NCBI GenBank assembly: GCA_964411505.1
Contig: CAYPLH010000004.1
Coordinates: 2,954-66,953, forward strand
Source of the DNA: an uncultured Clostridiaceae bacterium
Lineage (GTDB): Bacteria; Bacillota; Clostridia; CAYPLH01; DUMO01
Reading direction: 5' to 3'
DNA: 64,000 nt
In this document: positions 29,823 to 38,051 of the stretch, in pieces
Position numbering within the stretch: the stretch's first letter is position 1
Layout: the number at the start of each line of letters is the position of its first letter
Made by a program: the position numbers and the translations under genes
The notes under the pieces: generated by a model
What the model was told of the DNA's origin: nothing
Seen by the model: the letters and a program-made list of their open reading frames with translations, nothing else
Database searches by the model: none

Positions 29823-30272
29823 TTTGTTTTCCTTATAATTTTCAGTTTTTTCTATAGTTAATTTTATAATTATTATTGTAACATAAATTTAATCTTATTT
29901 TAATATAAAGTTTAACAAGTCATATTTTTGCATTATAAGAGTTTGTCCAAAATTTATTGTCTTTAAACTGATTAATTTCTGCTTCCTGCTTGTACCACAA
30001 ATTATTGCCCCTTAAGGGAACTCTTAGTGTAGAATAATGAAGAACAGGAAGCTGCACCGGAATATTGCAGTGTACAAGCAAAGCTTTGTTTTTAAATAAG
30101 AATGTTATATAATGTTCAATGCTCAAAGGCATATTCCACTGAATGTGATAATTCTATACAATATCAAGATTCACTAGCAGCATTGTTTATTTTGATATTG
30201 TATGCGAAGTTAGTTCAAATTACTTTTGGGGGAATCATATTATTCTGACATAACTTATGAGGTGGTGCCAAA

Positions 30273-31115
30273 GTGAAGAAATTAAAAAAACAGAGTGATG
30301 AGTTTTACCATTTGATATCTATGGAGGATAAGTCGCATGCCTTAATAGAAGGCAGGCAACAGACACAAATTGATAAGGATAAAGCCGACCGCAATATCTG
30401 TAACCGTTCAAAGCCTATGAGAACAATTGGAATTCTTGGAGGGCTAGGGCCGCATACATCATCAATATTTTATCTAAACATTATTGATAGGTTCAGTGCA
30501 ACAGGGTCAAGTTTCAGACCTCCTGTTTTAATGTGGAGTGTGCCACTAGATTTGGAAGTGGAAAGGAAGTTTATCAAGACAGGCGAAGGAAAAGATGAGT
30601 ATTTAAGATATTTGATACAAGGTGCTGAAAATTTACAAAAAGGTGGTGCTGATTTTATTGTAATTCCATGCAATACAGTACATATACACATAGATAATCT
30701 TAGAAAGAAAATCGGGATACCCATTTTAAGTATTGTTGAAGAGACTGTAAAGTACCTTAAAGCAAATGGTGTTTCAAAGGTTGCCATTTTAGCTACAAAC
30801 GCAACTATAGAAGAAAATTTATATGGTTTAGCACTTGAAAAAGAGAAGATACTGCCAATCATTCCTGATAAAAACGCGCAAAAAACAGTAATGGAGGTTA
30901 TTAGCAATATACTTGCAAACTCGAATACAAATAAGGACATGGAAAAGTTAAGCACTGTAATTAGAAAGCTTAAATGTAGTGGTATTAATGATATGCTATT
31001 AGCATGTACAGATTTGCAGATACTTATGAAGCAAAATGAATGCTCTGCTAAAGTCCACGATACAATGGATATACTTGCTGGTGCAGCAGTCAGGGAGTGC
31101 TCCTTTTTAACTTAA
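30273..31115 (+). CDS. Aspartate/glutamate racemase family protein
   Basis: Motifs IGILGGLGP, IVIPCNTVH and LLACTDL contain the two catalytic-Cys contexts. GTG 30273 has a GAGGTGG RBS but adds an atypical ~48-aa N-terminal extension. Confidence 0.8.
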   Translation: MKKLKKQSDEFYHLISMEDKSHALIEGRQQTQIDKDKADRNICNRSKPMRTIGILGGLGPHTSSIFYLNIIDRFSATGSSFRPPVLMWSVPLDLEVERKFIKTGEGKDEYLRYLIQGAENLQKGGADFIVIPCNTVHIHIDNLRKKIGIPILSIVEETVKYLKANGVSKVAILATNATIEENLYGLALEKEKILPIIPDKNAQKTVMEVISNILANSNTNKDMEKLSTVIRKLKCSGINDMLLACTDLQILMKQNECSAKVHDTMDILAGAAVRECSFLT

Positions 31116-31319
31116 AAATGATTCTTGAATTGTTGAACTAATTAACCTTGTCCGCTAGATATTTAATTTACCAACATGAATTGTTGTTGCAGCGGGGCAT
31201 GTGCACGTCCGGATTCTGTGGGGGTACGCCCCCGCGAGGGGGGCATCTACTCGACTCATTTGTGTGTTACTGTCCAGAGGGTAGTCATAAAAAACTTATC
31301 AAGCATCACTGAAAAGGAG

Positions 31320-31345
31320 GGAATCGGAAACCGATTCCTTTTTTT
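31320..31345 (+). terminator. Terminator-like hairpin just inside the left IS end
   Basis: GGAATCGG-AAA-CCGATTCC followed by TTTTTTT. It would block read-through from the flanking racemase gene. Confidence 0.6.
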
Positions 31346-31458
31346 ATGAGGTGGTGGCATACTCTAATTTATTAAAAATATTTTTAAAAAACCGAATAAA
31401 AAAGCAGGACTCTTCATGTTCAATGTCGAATATATAAGATATAAAGTTTTTTAGGAGA

Positions 31459-32352
31459 ATGCTTATGACATTAAGTACAAGACCTGAAATAACAGAAGAT
31501 AGAGTGGAACAGATAAGAGATATTATCGCCGAAAACCCCACATGGAATCGGACTAAGATCTCAAAGCACATATGTAGGCTATGGGGCTGGCAGAGTCCAA
31601 ATGGGTATTTGAAAGAAATTTCCTGCAGAGATATGTTACGTACACTTGACAAGACAGGCAAGATAAATCTTCCAGCAGCATTGACACCATCAAGATCAAG
31701 TGGTGCCCCTGATAAAATCAAGCATCTTAAGCATGATATGACACCAGTATGTGTAAAACTCTCAGAACTTCGTCCTTTGCATATCAACATAGTAAGTGCT
31801 GGTAAAGAACTTGAGCTGTTCAAATCGATGATTGATCAGCACCATTATCTCAAGTATAGTCGAAGTATAGGCGAAAATATGAAATACATGATATATAGCC
31901 ATGACGGAAGACCGCTGTCTTGCCTGTTGTTTGGTTCAGCTGCATGGTCATGCAGGGAAAGGGATAACTTCATCGGATGGAACAAAACTGAGAGGATGCG
32001 GGGTCTTAGCCTAATTACAAATAATTCCCGCTTTCTTGTGCTCCCTTGGGTAAGGGTTCAGCATCTGGCAAGCCATATACTATCGCTAGTCGCACGCAGA
32101 ATTGTGGACGATTGGCAGCACAAATACGGACATCCAGTGTATTGCCTTGAGACTTACATAGAAATTGGTCGCTTTCGCGGCATCTGTTACCGAGCCGCCA
32201 ACTGGATACACGTTGGCAGCACAACAGGTCGAGGACGTGACGGTGGTCATCATAATGCAATCCTGCCCATAAAGGACGTGTATCTTTACCCGCTAACATC
32301 ACAATACAAAAAAATATTGTGTGGCATGGAAAGGGAGGTTGCTTGCAGATGA
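31459..32352 (+). CDS. DUF4338-family protein (DruA-like), first ORF of the IS
   Basis: Motifs recalled as characteristic of DUF4338: NPTWNRTKISKHICRLWGWQSPNGYLKEISCRDMLRTLDKTGKINLP, HHYLKY, LSCLLFGSAAWSCRERDNFIGW, NNSRFLVLPWV and CYRAANWIHVG. Confidence 0.7.
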   Translation: MLMTLSTRPEITEDRVEQIRDIIAENPTWNRTKISKHICRLWGWQSPNGYLKEISCRDMLRTLDKTGKINLPAALTPSRSSGAPDKIKHLKHDMTPVCVKLSELRPLHINIVSAGKELELFKSMIDQHHYLKYSRSIGENMKYMIYSHDGRPLSCLLFGSAAWSCRERDNFIGWNKTERMRGLSLITNNSRFLVLPWVRVQHLASHILSLVARRIVDDWQHKYGHPVYCLETYIEIGRFRGICYRAANWIHVGSTTGRGRDGGHHNAILPIKDVYLYPLTSQYKKILCGMEREVACR

Positions 32353-32834
32353 GCATGGATAAGGTAAAGGCTAAAAACTTCTACCAAGATGCTGGGGATA
32401 AAACACTACTAAATTGGTGTCTGTATGAGTATGCCAATATATTGTATACAAAGATAGAAGAAAGTCCTAAGCTGGCAAACTACAGAAAAAATCACCATGC
32501 AAACGAGGTTGAGGCATTCTGCGTATATTTTTCAAAACGGCTTAGAAAGAGTGTGAATGATGCACAGATAGGTCACACGAAGGGCGTTACGATTGATGCA
32601 AGGTATGTGTATGAATTCTATCCGGAGAACACATACCAGCAGACACAAAGGCTAATGGATGCCGCATTGTCTGCGTGGAATGAACATGTCCTCATTTGTT
32701 CAAATTGCCCCAATCAATGCCTAATTCATACATATGAAATTACAGATATGTTTGACAATTTGGAAACTGTCGGATGGCCCACCAGACGACACAACAACAG
32801 GAATAAACGAGAAAGGCTTAGATATGGACTATAA
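32349..32834 (+). CDS. Small IS-internal ORF (161 aa), unknown function, with a CSNCPNQC motif
   Basis: ATG 32349 overlaps the stop of the DUF4338 ORF (ATGA), which suggests translational coupling. No family was recognised. Confidence 0.5.
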   Translation: MSMDKVKAKNFYQDAGDKTLLNWCLYEYANILYTKIEESPKLANYRKNHHANEVEAFCVYFSKRLRKSVNDAQIGHTKGVTIDARYVYEFYPENTYQQTQRLMDAALSAWNEHVLICSNCPNQCLIHTYEITDMFDNLETVGWPTRRHNNRNKRERLRYGL

Positions 32835-34395
32835 CCGTAGTCTTATAAAACAAATTGAAGATCTGATGCTTGAAAACGAATCCCTACAGTGCAAAAACAG
32901 GAAGCTTCGAGCAGATAATCGCGCCTTGCGCACTCGAGTAAAGTATCTTGAAGATTCAATTGACGCTAAGATAGCGGCGGCTGTCGAGAATAATATATTG
33001 CCGCTGAGGGAACATATCTCGGAACTCGAAACGCGGATCGTTCGAAAAGATGATGAAATTTTGCGACTCAAAGCTATTATCAATAAGGATTCATCCAATT
33101 CATCTAAACCACCGGGCAGTGATGGATTTAAGCAGATACCGAACAACCGTGAAAAGAGCGAAAGAAAGCGTGGTGGTCAACCCGGTCACACTGGTCATTC
33201 GCTTAGTGTTCCTGAGAATCTTGATGAATTGGTCACAGAAGGTAAAGCTACGAAAAAACTGGTTGACTATACGAATGGTGCAGAAGAATACGTTTCAAAG
33301 TGGATCGTTGATATAGATATCAAGACGGTTTATACAGAAATCCGATATACGGTCGAGACCAAGCTGCCCCCGCAACTGCAGCCGGAAGTGGTCTATGGCA
33401 ATGGCATTAAGTCACTTGCTGTATTGCTGGAGCAGGAAGGAGTCATTGCAATCAAGCGTCTATCCGACTTTTTCGGAATGGTGACAGGCGAGCTGCTCAC
33501 TCCCTCTAAAGGAACTATTGAAGGATTTATTAAGACGTTTGCAAGCAACATTGATGATGACATAGCGGCAATCAAAGAAACACTACTAAACGGTTTGGTC
33601 ATAAATATCGATGATACACCGATGCGATGTGCAGAAACTTATGAGTATAAAGAAGATGGTAGCATGACTTTGAAAACAGCAGAAAATTCAACTTTCGGGG
33701 TCAATATTCGTACTTATTCAAATGAAAAGGCTACTTATTACACCGTGAATCCCGGAAAAGGTGATGATGGTATTCTTAGGGATGGGTTACTTCCAGTCTT
33801 TTTGGGGATGCTTGGACACGATCATGATAAGAAGTTCTATAAATATTCGATTTTGCATGCAACCTGCTGTGAACACTTATTACGTGACCTAAAAGGTCTG
33901 CGGGATCTTTACAATTGCCCGTGGGCAGAAAGTTTTAGGAGTTTTCTCAAAGATATGAATGCCCATAAAAAAAGTGATCAATCATTGGGAACCAAAAAAT
34001 GTGAGGAAAGTCTTCTTGAAAGCTACTCAGAAAGGTATGATAATTTAGTCCGGGATGGCGAAATTGCATTGACAAGGATTGAACCGGGAACCTTTGGGTA
34101 TGATGAATTGCGGAAAATGGTAGCCAGACTTCGTAATTACAAGGATGCTTACCTGCATTTTATTCGAGACTACAATGCCCCATTCACAAACAACCTTGCT
34201 GAAAGGGACCTACGTCCATGTAAAACACGACAGAAGATATCCGGTTGCTTCAGAACATGGAGGGGGATATCTGACTTTGTGAAAATAATGTCAGTCTTTT
34301 CAACGTGGAAAAAACAACAGGTTGACTTATTTACAAAGATCAAAGAAAAATTCATAGAACCTCACTCAACATTAAACATACCCTCTGGACAGTAA
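32824..34395 (+). CDS. IS66-family DDE transposase
   Basis: An N-terminal leucine-zipper-like heptads region, then SSNSSKPPGSDGF and RKRGGQPGHTGHSL. Later motifs are NIDDTPM, CCEHLLRDL and NNLAERDLRPCKTRQKISG. The likely start is ATG 32824, which overlaps the previous ORF by 11 nt. Confidence 0.88.
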   Translation: MDYNRSLIKQIEDLMLENESLQCKNRKLRADNRALRTRVKYLEDSIDAKIAAAVENNILPLREHISELETRIVRKDDEILRLKAIINKDSSNSSKPPGSDGFKQIPNNREKSERKRGGQPGHTGHSLSVPENLDELVTEGKATKKLVDYTNGAEEYVSKWIVDIDIKTVYTEIRYTVETKLPPQLQPEVVYGNGIKSLAVLLEQEGVIAIKRLSDFFGMVTGELLTPSKGTIEGFIKTFASNIDDDIAAIKETLLNGLVINIDDTPMRCAETYEYKEDGSMTLKTAENSTFGVNIRTYSNEKATYYTVNPGKGDDGILRDGLLPVFLGMLGHDHDKKFYKYSILHATCCEHLLRDLKGLRDLYNCPWAESFRSFLKDMNAHKKSDQSLGTKKCEESLLESYSERYDNLVRDGEIALTRIEPGTFGYDELRKMVARLRNYKDAYLHFIRDYNAPFTNNLAERDLRPCKTRQKISGCFRTWRGISDFVKIMSVFSTWKKQQVDLFTKIKEKFIEPHSTLNIPSGQ

Positions 34396-34435
34396 CATTT
34401 GTGTATCTGTCAATAAAAGACATGAGACAATTAGG

Positions 34436-34465
34436 TTGCTTTATTTGAAAGTGATGTGGTAAAAT
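34436..34465 (+). promoter_or_regulatory. Candidate extended -10 promoter of the locus regulator
   Basis: TTGCTT, an 18-nt spacer, then TGgTAAAAT. It lies between the IS right end and the regulator start. Confidence 0.3.
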
Positions 34466-34518
34466 ATAGAACAAGTATTAATGGCATTTTTCATTAACTC
34501 TATAGTTTGGGAAGGTAA

Positions 34519-36810
34519 ATGTCTATGTTAATATTAAAAAATAAGAGAATTACTCAGTTACATAAACTATTGATTTCTTATATTCTTCTAATGCTTATTG
34601 TTTTTTTTATGCTGTATCCCTTGTACAATAATACCTTGGAAATAGTAAAGGATAAAGCTTTAAAAGAATGTGAATATATGTTGAATAATTCGCTAAACTC
34701 ATTAGACACATTAATAGAGGGTGTAGACCAAACTATTTTTAATCTGTACACCAATGCTGATATCAAGGATCTGAGTATGATAAATGGTATGATGCAAATT
34801 CCTGATTATTACAAAATGTTGCAATCCCAGAGGCATCTTAACACTGTTTTTGCGCCATTTACTATTTTACAGGATGTATTTGTAATATTTAGAAACAATA
34901 ATTGTGTAATTACAGCTAGAAGTTCCTACGACTCAAAAACTGGGTTTTACCAAAATCATATAAATTATGAAGGACAAAGCACTGAACAATGGTTTGATCG
35001 GGTTATGGGTACGCGCCATAAACGTGAATTTTGGTCGGAGCATAATATATATTCGATAGAAAAAGGCAATTGTAAAGTTCTTACTTATATGATCTCGCTT
35101 CCTATAAATAGTATGTCTAATTATGATAGTGTAGCAGGGGTCATTATTAATAAAAACAGTATTCTTGATCTGTTGATCTCAGAAGGAGTAAATAATGGTG
35201 GATGGATCTATGTGCAGGATATGTATGGAAATGTAATCCTCCAGCACAATTACAACAGTGCTCCGTTGGAGTTATCAGAAAGCGGAAGGGATGAAATAAA
35301 AATAGGTAAAGAGAATACAGTAGTTATATATAAATCCAGCATGAGAAATGGGTTCAAAATAGTGAAAGGTATCCCTGAGAGCGTGCTTAAGAAGAGCATA
35401 GATTCGATGCGTATCATGTTGATTGTCTATTATAGCTTTGCTATGCTGTGTGGAATAATTGCTGCAGTTTTCTTTGCGTATAGAAATAGCAGTTCAGTAC
35501 GGAAGCTAATTTCATATATTGAAAATGTCGGATTTAGAGCAATCGGTGAGAAAAACGAATATGAAAGTATAAAAAATGTGATAGATCAGCTTTACTCTTC
35601 AAAGGAAAAACTTAAGTCTGAAATTGAAAGCCAGCAGAAGATTGTGATGTCCGGAATGCTTGAGCGTCTTTTACATAATGGAATGTACACTTCCACGGAT
35701 CTTAATTATGCCAAAAGATACCTTCTAGATTTTCCTTCTTCATACAGGCTTGTTATAATGAAGTATTCATATTATATGCATGTGAATTCAAATAGTAAAA
35801 CTCAGGAAGATGAAAGAAGCATTATCCGTGCTTTTATAATCAGCATTCTCAAAGAAACATATTGTGATGGTATGTTGATCCATCCTACAGGAGAATATTG
35901 CATTGCTATTGTGCTTCCACAGGTTGATTCTACCCAACAAAAGAAAGATAAGATAGAAATGTATCTAAAGGGTGTGCGAAAAAAAATAATGGAAAGTATT
36001 AAAATAAATACAGTCTTTAGTATTAGTAGCAGGTATAGCGGGATGGAGAATGTAGGAACTGCTTTTCACGAAGCTCAACAAATATTGGCTTTTGGAGAAA
36101 ACACACAAGAAAGATCTATTGTGTGGTATGAAGAACCACTTGTTAACAGAGATGAAATCCAATTTGGACTTCATGAAGGACAAAAATTGTACTATCTTTT
36201 GCTAGCAGGTGAAAACGAAGAAGTAGTAGTTTTACTGCAGGGAATTATCTCTAAAAACGACAGTATAATGAAAATTGGCAATAAGTTTGTACAACAGCTT
36301 TTTTATGCTATTAGAGGAGTTTTTATTTGTGCAAACAATGAATTGTCAGGTGGGAAAGTTAATGTTTATTTTCCGGAGTATTCAGAAAATGTCCCTCCTG
36401 AGCAATTGTTTAGCAGCTTAATTGATGCTTGCTACAGCTTCTGCGAGGAAGCACAGAAACGAAAACGCAGTCACAACAACGCATTAAAGGATGCCATTAT
36501 TTCTTACATAAACTCAAATTATCAAGATTCTAATATTTTTGCGAAAAGTGTTGCTGATAAATTTGATATTTCGGAAAAATACCTTTTTAATTTTATCAGG
36601 GAGCAGACAGGTAAAAGTTTTAGAGAGTATCTGGAGGATGTCCGACTGGAACATGCACTACAGTTATTAAAAGAAACCAGCTATCCCATTAACCAGATTG
36701 CATTGGATGTAGGCTTTATATCTCAGAATTCCTTCTCAAGAGTATTCAAAAAAGTATATGGTATAAGCCCAAGCATATGGAGAATTACTTTTAATGACGA
36801 GCATGATTAA
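34519..36810 (+). CDS. Membrane-anchored AraC-family regulator with a large extracytoplasmic sensor domain between two TM helices
   Basis: TM helices are near aa 20-40 and 300-320. The C-terminal AraC HTH pair is FAKSVADKFDISEKYLFNFIREQTGKSF...GFISQNSFSRVFKKVYGISP. Confidence 0.8.
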   Translation: MSMLILKNKRITQLHKLLISYILLMLIVFFMLYPLYNNTLEIVKDKALKECEYMLNNSLNSLDTLIEGVDQTIFNLYTNADIKDLSMINGMMQIPDYYKMLQSQRHLNTVFAPFTILQDVFVIFRNNNCVITARSSYDSKTGFYQNHINYEGQSTEQWFDRVMGTRHKREFWSEHNIYSIEKGNCKVLTYMISLPINSMSNYDSVAGVIINKNSILDLLISEGVNNGGWIYVQDMYGNVILQHNYNSAPLELSESGRDEIKIGKENTVVIYKSSMRNGFKIVKGIPESVLKKSIDSMRIMLIVYYSFAMLCGIIAAVFFAYRNSSSVRKLISYIENVGFRAIGEKNEYESIKNVIDQLYSSKEKLKSEIESQQKIVMSGMLERLLHNGMYTSTDLNYAKRYLLDFPSSYRLVIMKYSYYMHVNSNSKTQEDERSIIRAFIISILKETYCDGMLIHPTGEYCIAIVLPQVDSTQQKKDKIEMYLKGVRKKIMESIKINTVFSISSRYSGMENVGTAFHEAQQILAFGENTQERSIVWYEEPLVNRDEIQFGLHEGQKLYYLLLAGENEEVVVLLQGIISKNDSIMKIGNKFVQQLFYAIRGVFICANNELSGGKVNVYFPEYSENVPPEQLFSSLIDACYSFCEEAQKRKRSHNNALKDAIISYINSNYQDSNIFAKSVADKFDISEKYLFNFIREQTGKSFREYLEDVRLEHALQLLKETSYPINQIALDVGFISQNSFSRVFKKVYGISPSIWRITFNDEHD

Positions 36811-37071
36811 ACCTCTAAAGAGTTTTATGGTGATGATCGAGAGCACTGAACGTTTTAGATATCTTTTATTATCTCACTAGCAAGGCACTAATAATATAAT
36901 CTTTCCTTTTGCAAAAATTAATATAAATTGCATGATTTATTTCTTACTTATTGAATAATGATGTGGAAATTGCTGCTTCCATTATATATATAGCAATGCT
37001 AATATGGGGTTGCTGAAATTTCCGGAATTCAAGCTGGGCAAGTATGGATGTGTAGTGCAGTCACAGCCATT

Positions 37072-37135
37072 GTGCTCAGGATGAAAAGTATCAAATATCC
37101 GTCGAAGGGGGGAGTGGTCCCTCCTAGTGAACGAG
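37072..37135. repeat. Copy of a hairpin module also present at 4572-4624
   Basis: The flanks GTGCTCAGGATG...ATCCGTCGAAGGG...CCCT..TAG.GAA are shared with the cdaR-glmM spacer, while the enclosed stem differs (GGGGGGA/TCCCTCC here, GGGAACC/GGTTCCC there). Confidence 0.6.
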
Positions 37136-37177
37136 AAATAATGAGCAATGCAAATTTTTTTGCTCAGGAGGGAAGCT

Positions 37178-37987
37178 ATGGAAAGAATGAAAGAAGTTAA
37201 GACAGCTTTAATTACAGGTGGAAGCCGGGGTATAGGAAAAGGCATTGCTCTGGTATTAGCATCAGAAGGGTATGACACAGCGATTACATATTCATCTAAT
37301 AAAGAAATGGCAGAAGAAGTTGCACATATGATAAAGACGAAATATGGAAGAAAGTGTTTCATCTTTAAAGCACAAATGGAAAGGGAGAAAACTCCTTGCA
37401 CCCTGGTCAAAGCAGTCATTGAAAAGATGGGAAAAATAGATGTGCTGGTTAATAATGCAGGAGCTAGATACGATGCGAAGATATTTGATGTGGATAATGA
37501 AAAGATGAACTACTTTATAAACCTTGATTTTAAATCTTACATAATGATGATGAAAGAAGTATCAAGACATATGATCAATAACAAGATAAAAGGTAATATC
37601 ATAAATATTACATCAACCAGAGGACGTAGGGCATACCCGGCAAACTCTATATATTGTGCAGTGAAGGCAGCCCTAGCTATTGCTACTGAATCTGCAGCTC
37701 TTGATCTTGCTCCATATGGTATCCGTGCAAATTGTGTTGCTCCGGGTGCAATCAGGAATAGCGACAATGAAGTCTCGAAAAGGTTTTATGAAGGGCTTGC
37801 ACCAAGAATTCCGATAGGAAGGGTTGGAACTACTGAAGATATCGGTAATGCCGTAGCTTGGCTAGTTTCGGATAAGGCAGCATATATTATTGGGGCAACA
37901 CTTACGGTGGATGGAGGGCTTATCCTTCCGGGAATGCCGGAACGGGTAATTGGCGATAACAATACGGGATGGGGAATACCGAAGTAA
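37178..37987 (+). CDS. SDR-family oxidoreductase
   Basis: The TGGSRGIGKGIA cofactor motif, NNAG, and the catalytic S...YCAVK are present. ATG 37178 is preceded by AGGAGGG; the ORF track start is 37148. Confidence 0.85.
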   Translation: MERMKEVKTALITGGSRGIGKGIALVLASEGYDTAITYSSNKEMAEEVAHMIKTKYGRKCFIFKAQMEREKTPCTLVKAVIEKMGKIDVLVNNAGARYDAKIFDVDNEKMNYFINLDFKSYIMMMKEVSRHMINNKIKGNIINITSTRGRRAYPANSIYCAVKAALAIATESAALDLAPYGIRANCVAPGAIRNSDNEVSKRFYEGLAPRIPIGRVGTTEDIGNAVAWLVSDKAAYIIGATLTVDGGLILPGMPERVIGDNNTGWGIPK

Positions 37988-38051
37988 AAGGTATCCTGAA
38001 TGAAGGATCGGTAACTTGTAAAGACATTTGAGTGTAAAGGAGAAATATTCT

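Larger units (their letters stand above)
31266..34396 (+). mobile_element. Intact IS66-family insertion sequence (3131 bp) with a non-canonical three-ORF organisation
   Basis: The 18-bp perfect terminal inverted repeats GTTACTGTCCAGAGGGTA sit at 31266-31283 and 34379-34396. The 8-bp target duplication ATTTGTGT sits at 31258-31265 and 34397-34404. An 8-bp TSD is the IS66 hallmark. The transposase stop codon lies inside the right IR. Confidence 0.88.

Noticed and set aside
31344-31823. A 159-aa minus-strand ORF inside the IS, and the 113-aa ORF at 32015-32356.
   Set aside because: They are antisense to the well-supported DUF4338 ORF and no family is recognisable.
31459-32352. A Druantia anti-phage system, suggested by the DruA-like DUF4338 protein.
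   Set aside because: No DruB-E genes or large helicase gene are nearby. The ORF lies inside the inverted repeats of an IS and is translationally coupled to a transposase.
32734-32823. A 30-aa N-terminal extension of the transposase ORF, and the 32319 start of the middle ORF.
   Set aside because: The extensions overlap the preceding ORFs extensively. Internal ATGs at 32824 and 32349 give the typical IS66 N-terminus (MDYNRSLIKQIEDL...) and ATGA-type coupling.
36982-37419. A 145-aa minus-strand ORF overlapping the SDR gene start.
   Set aside because: It is antisense to a motif-supported SDR and extends into a repeat-containing leader. It has no RBS.
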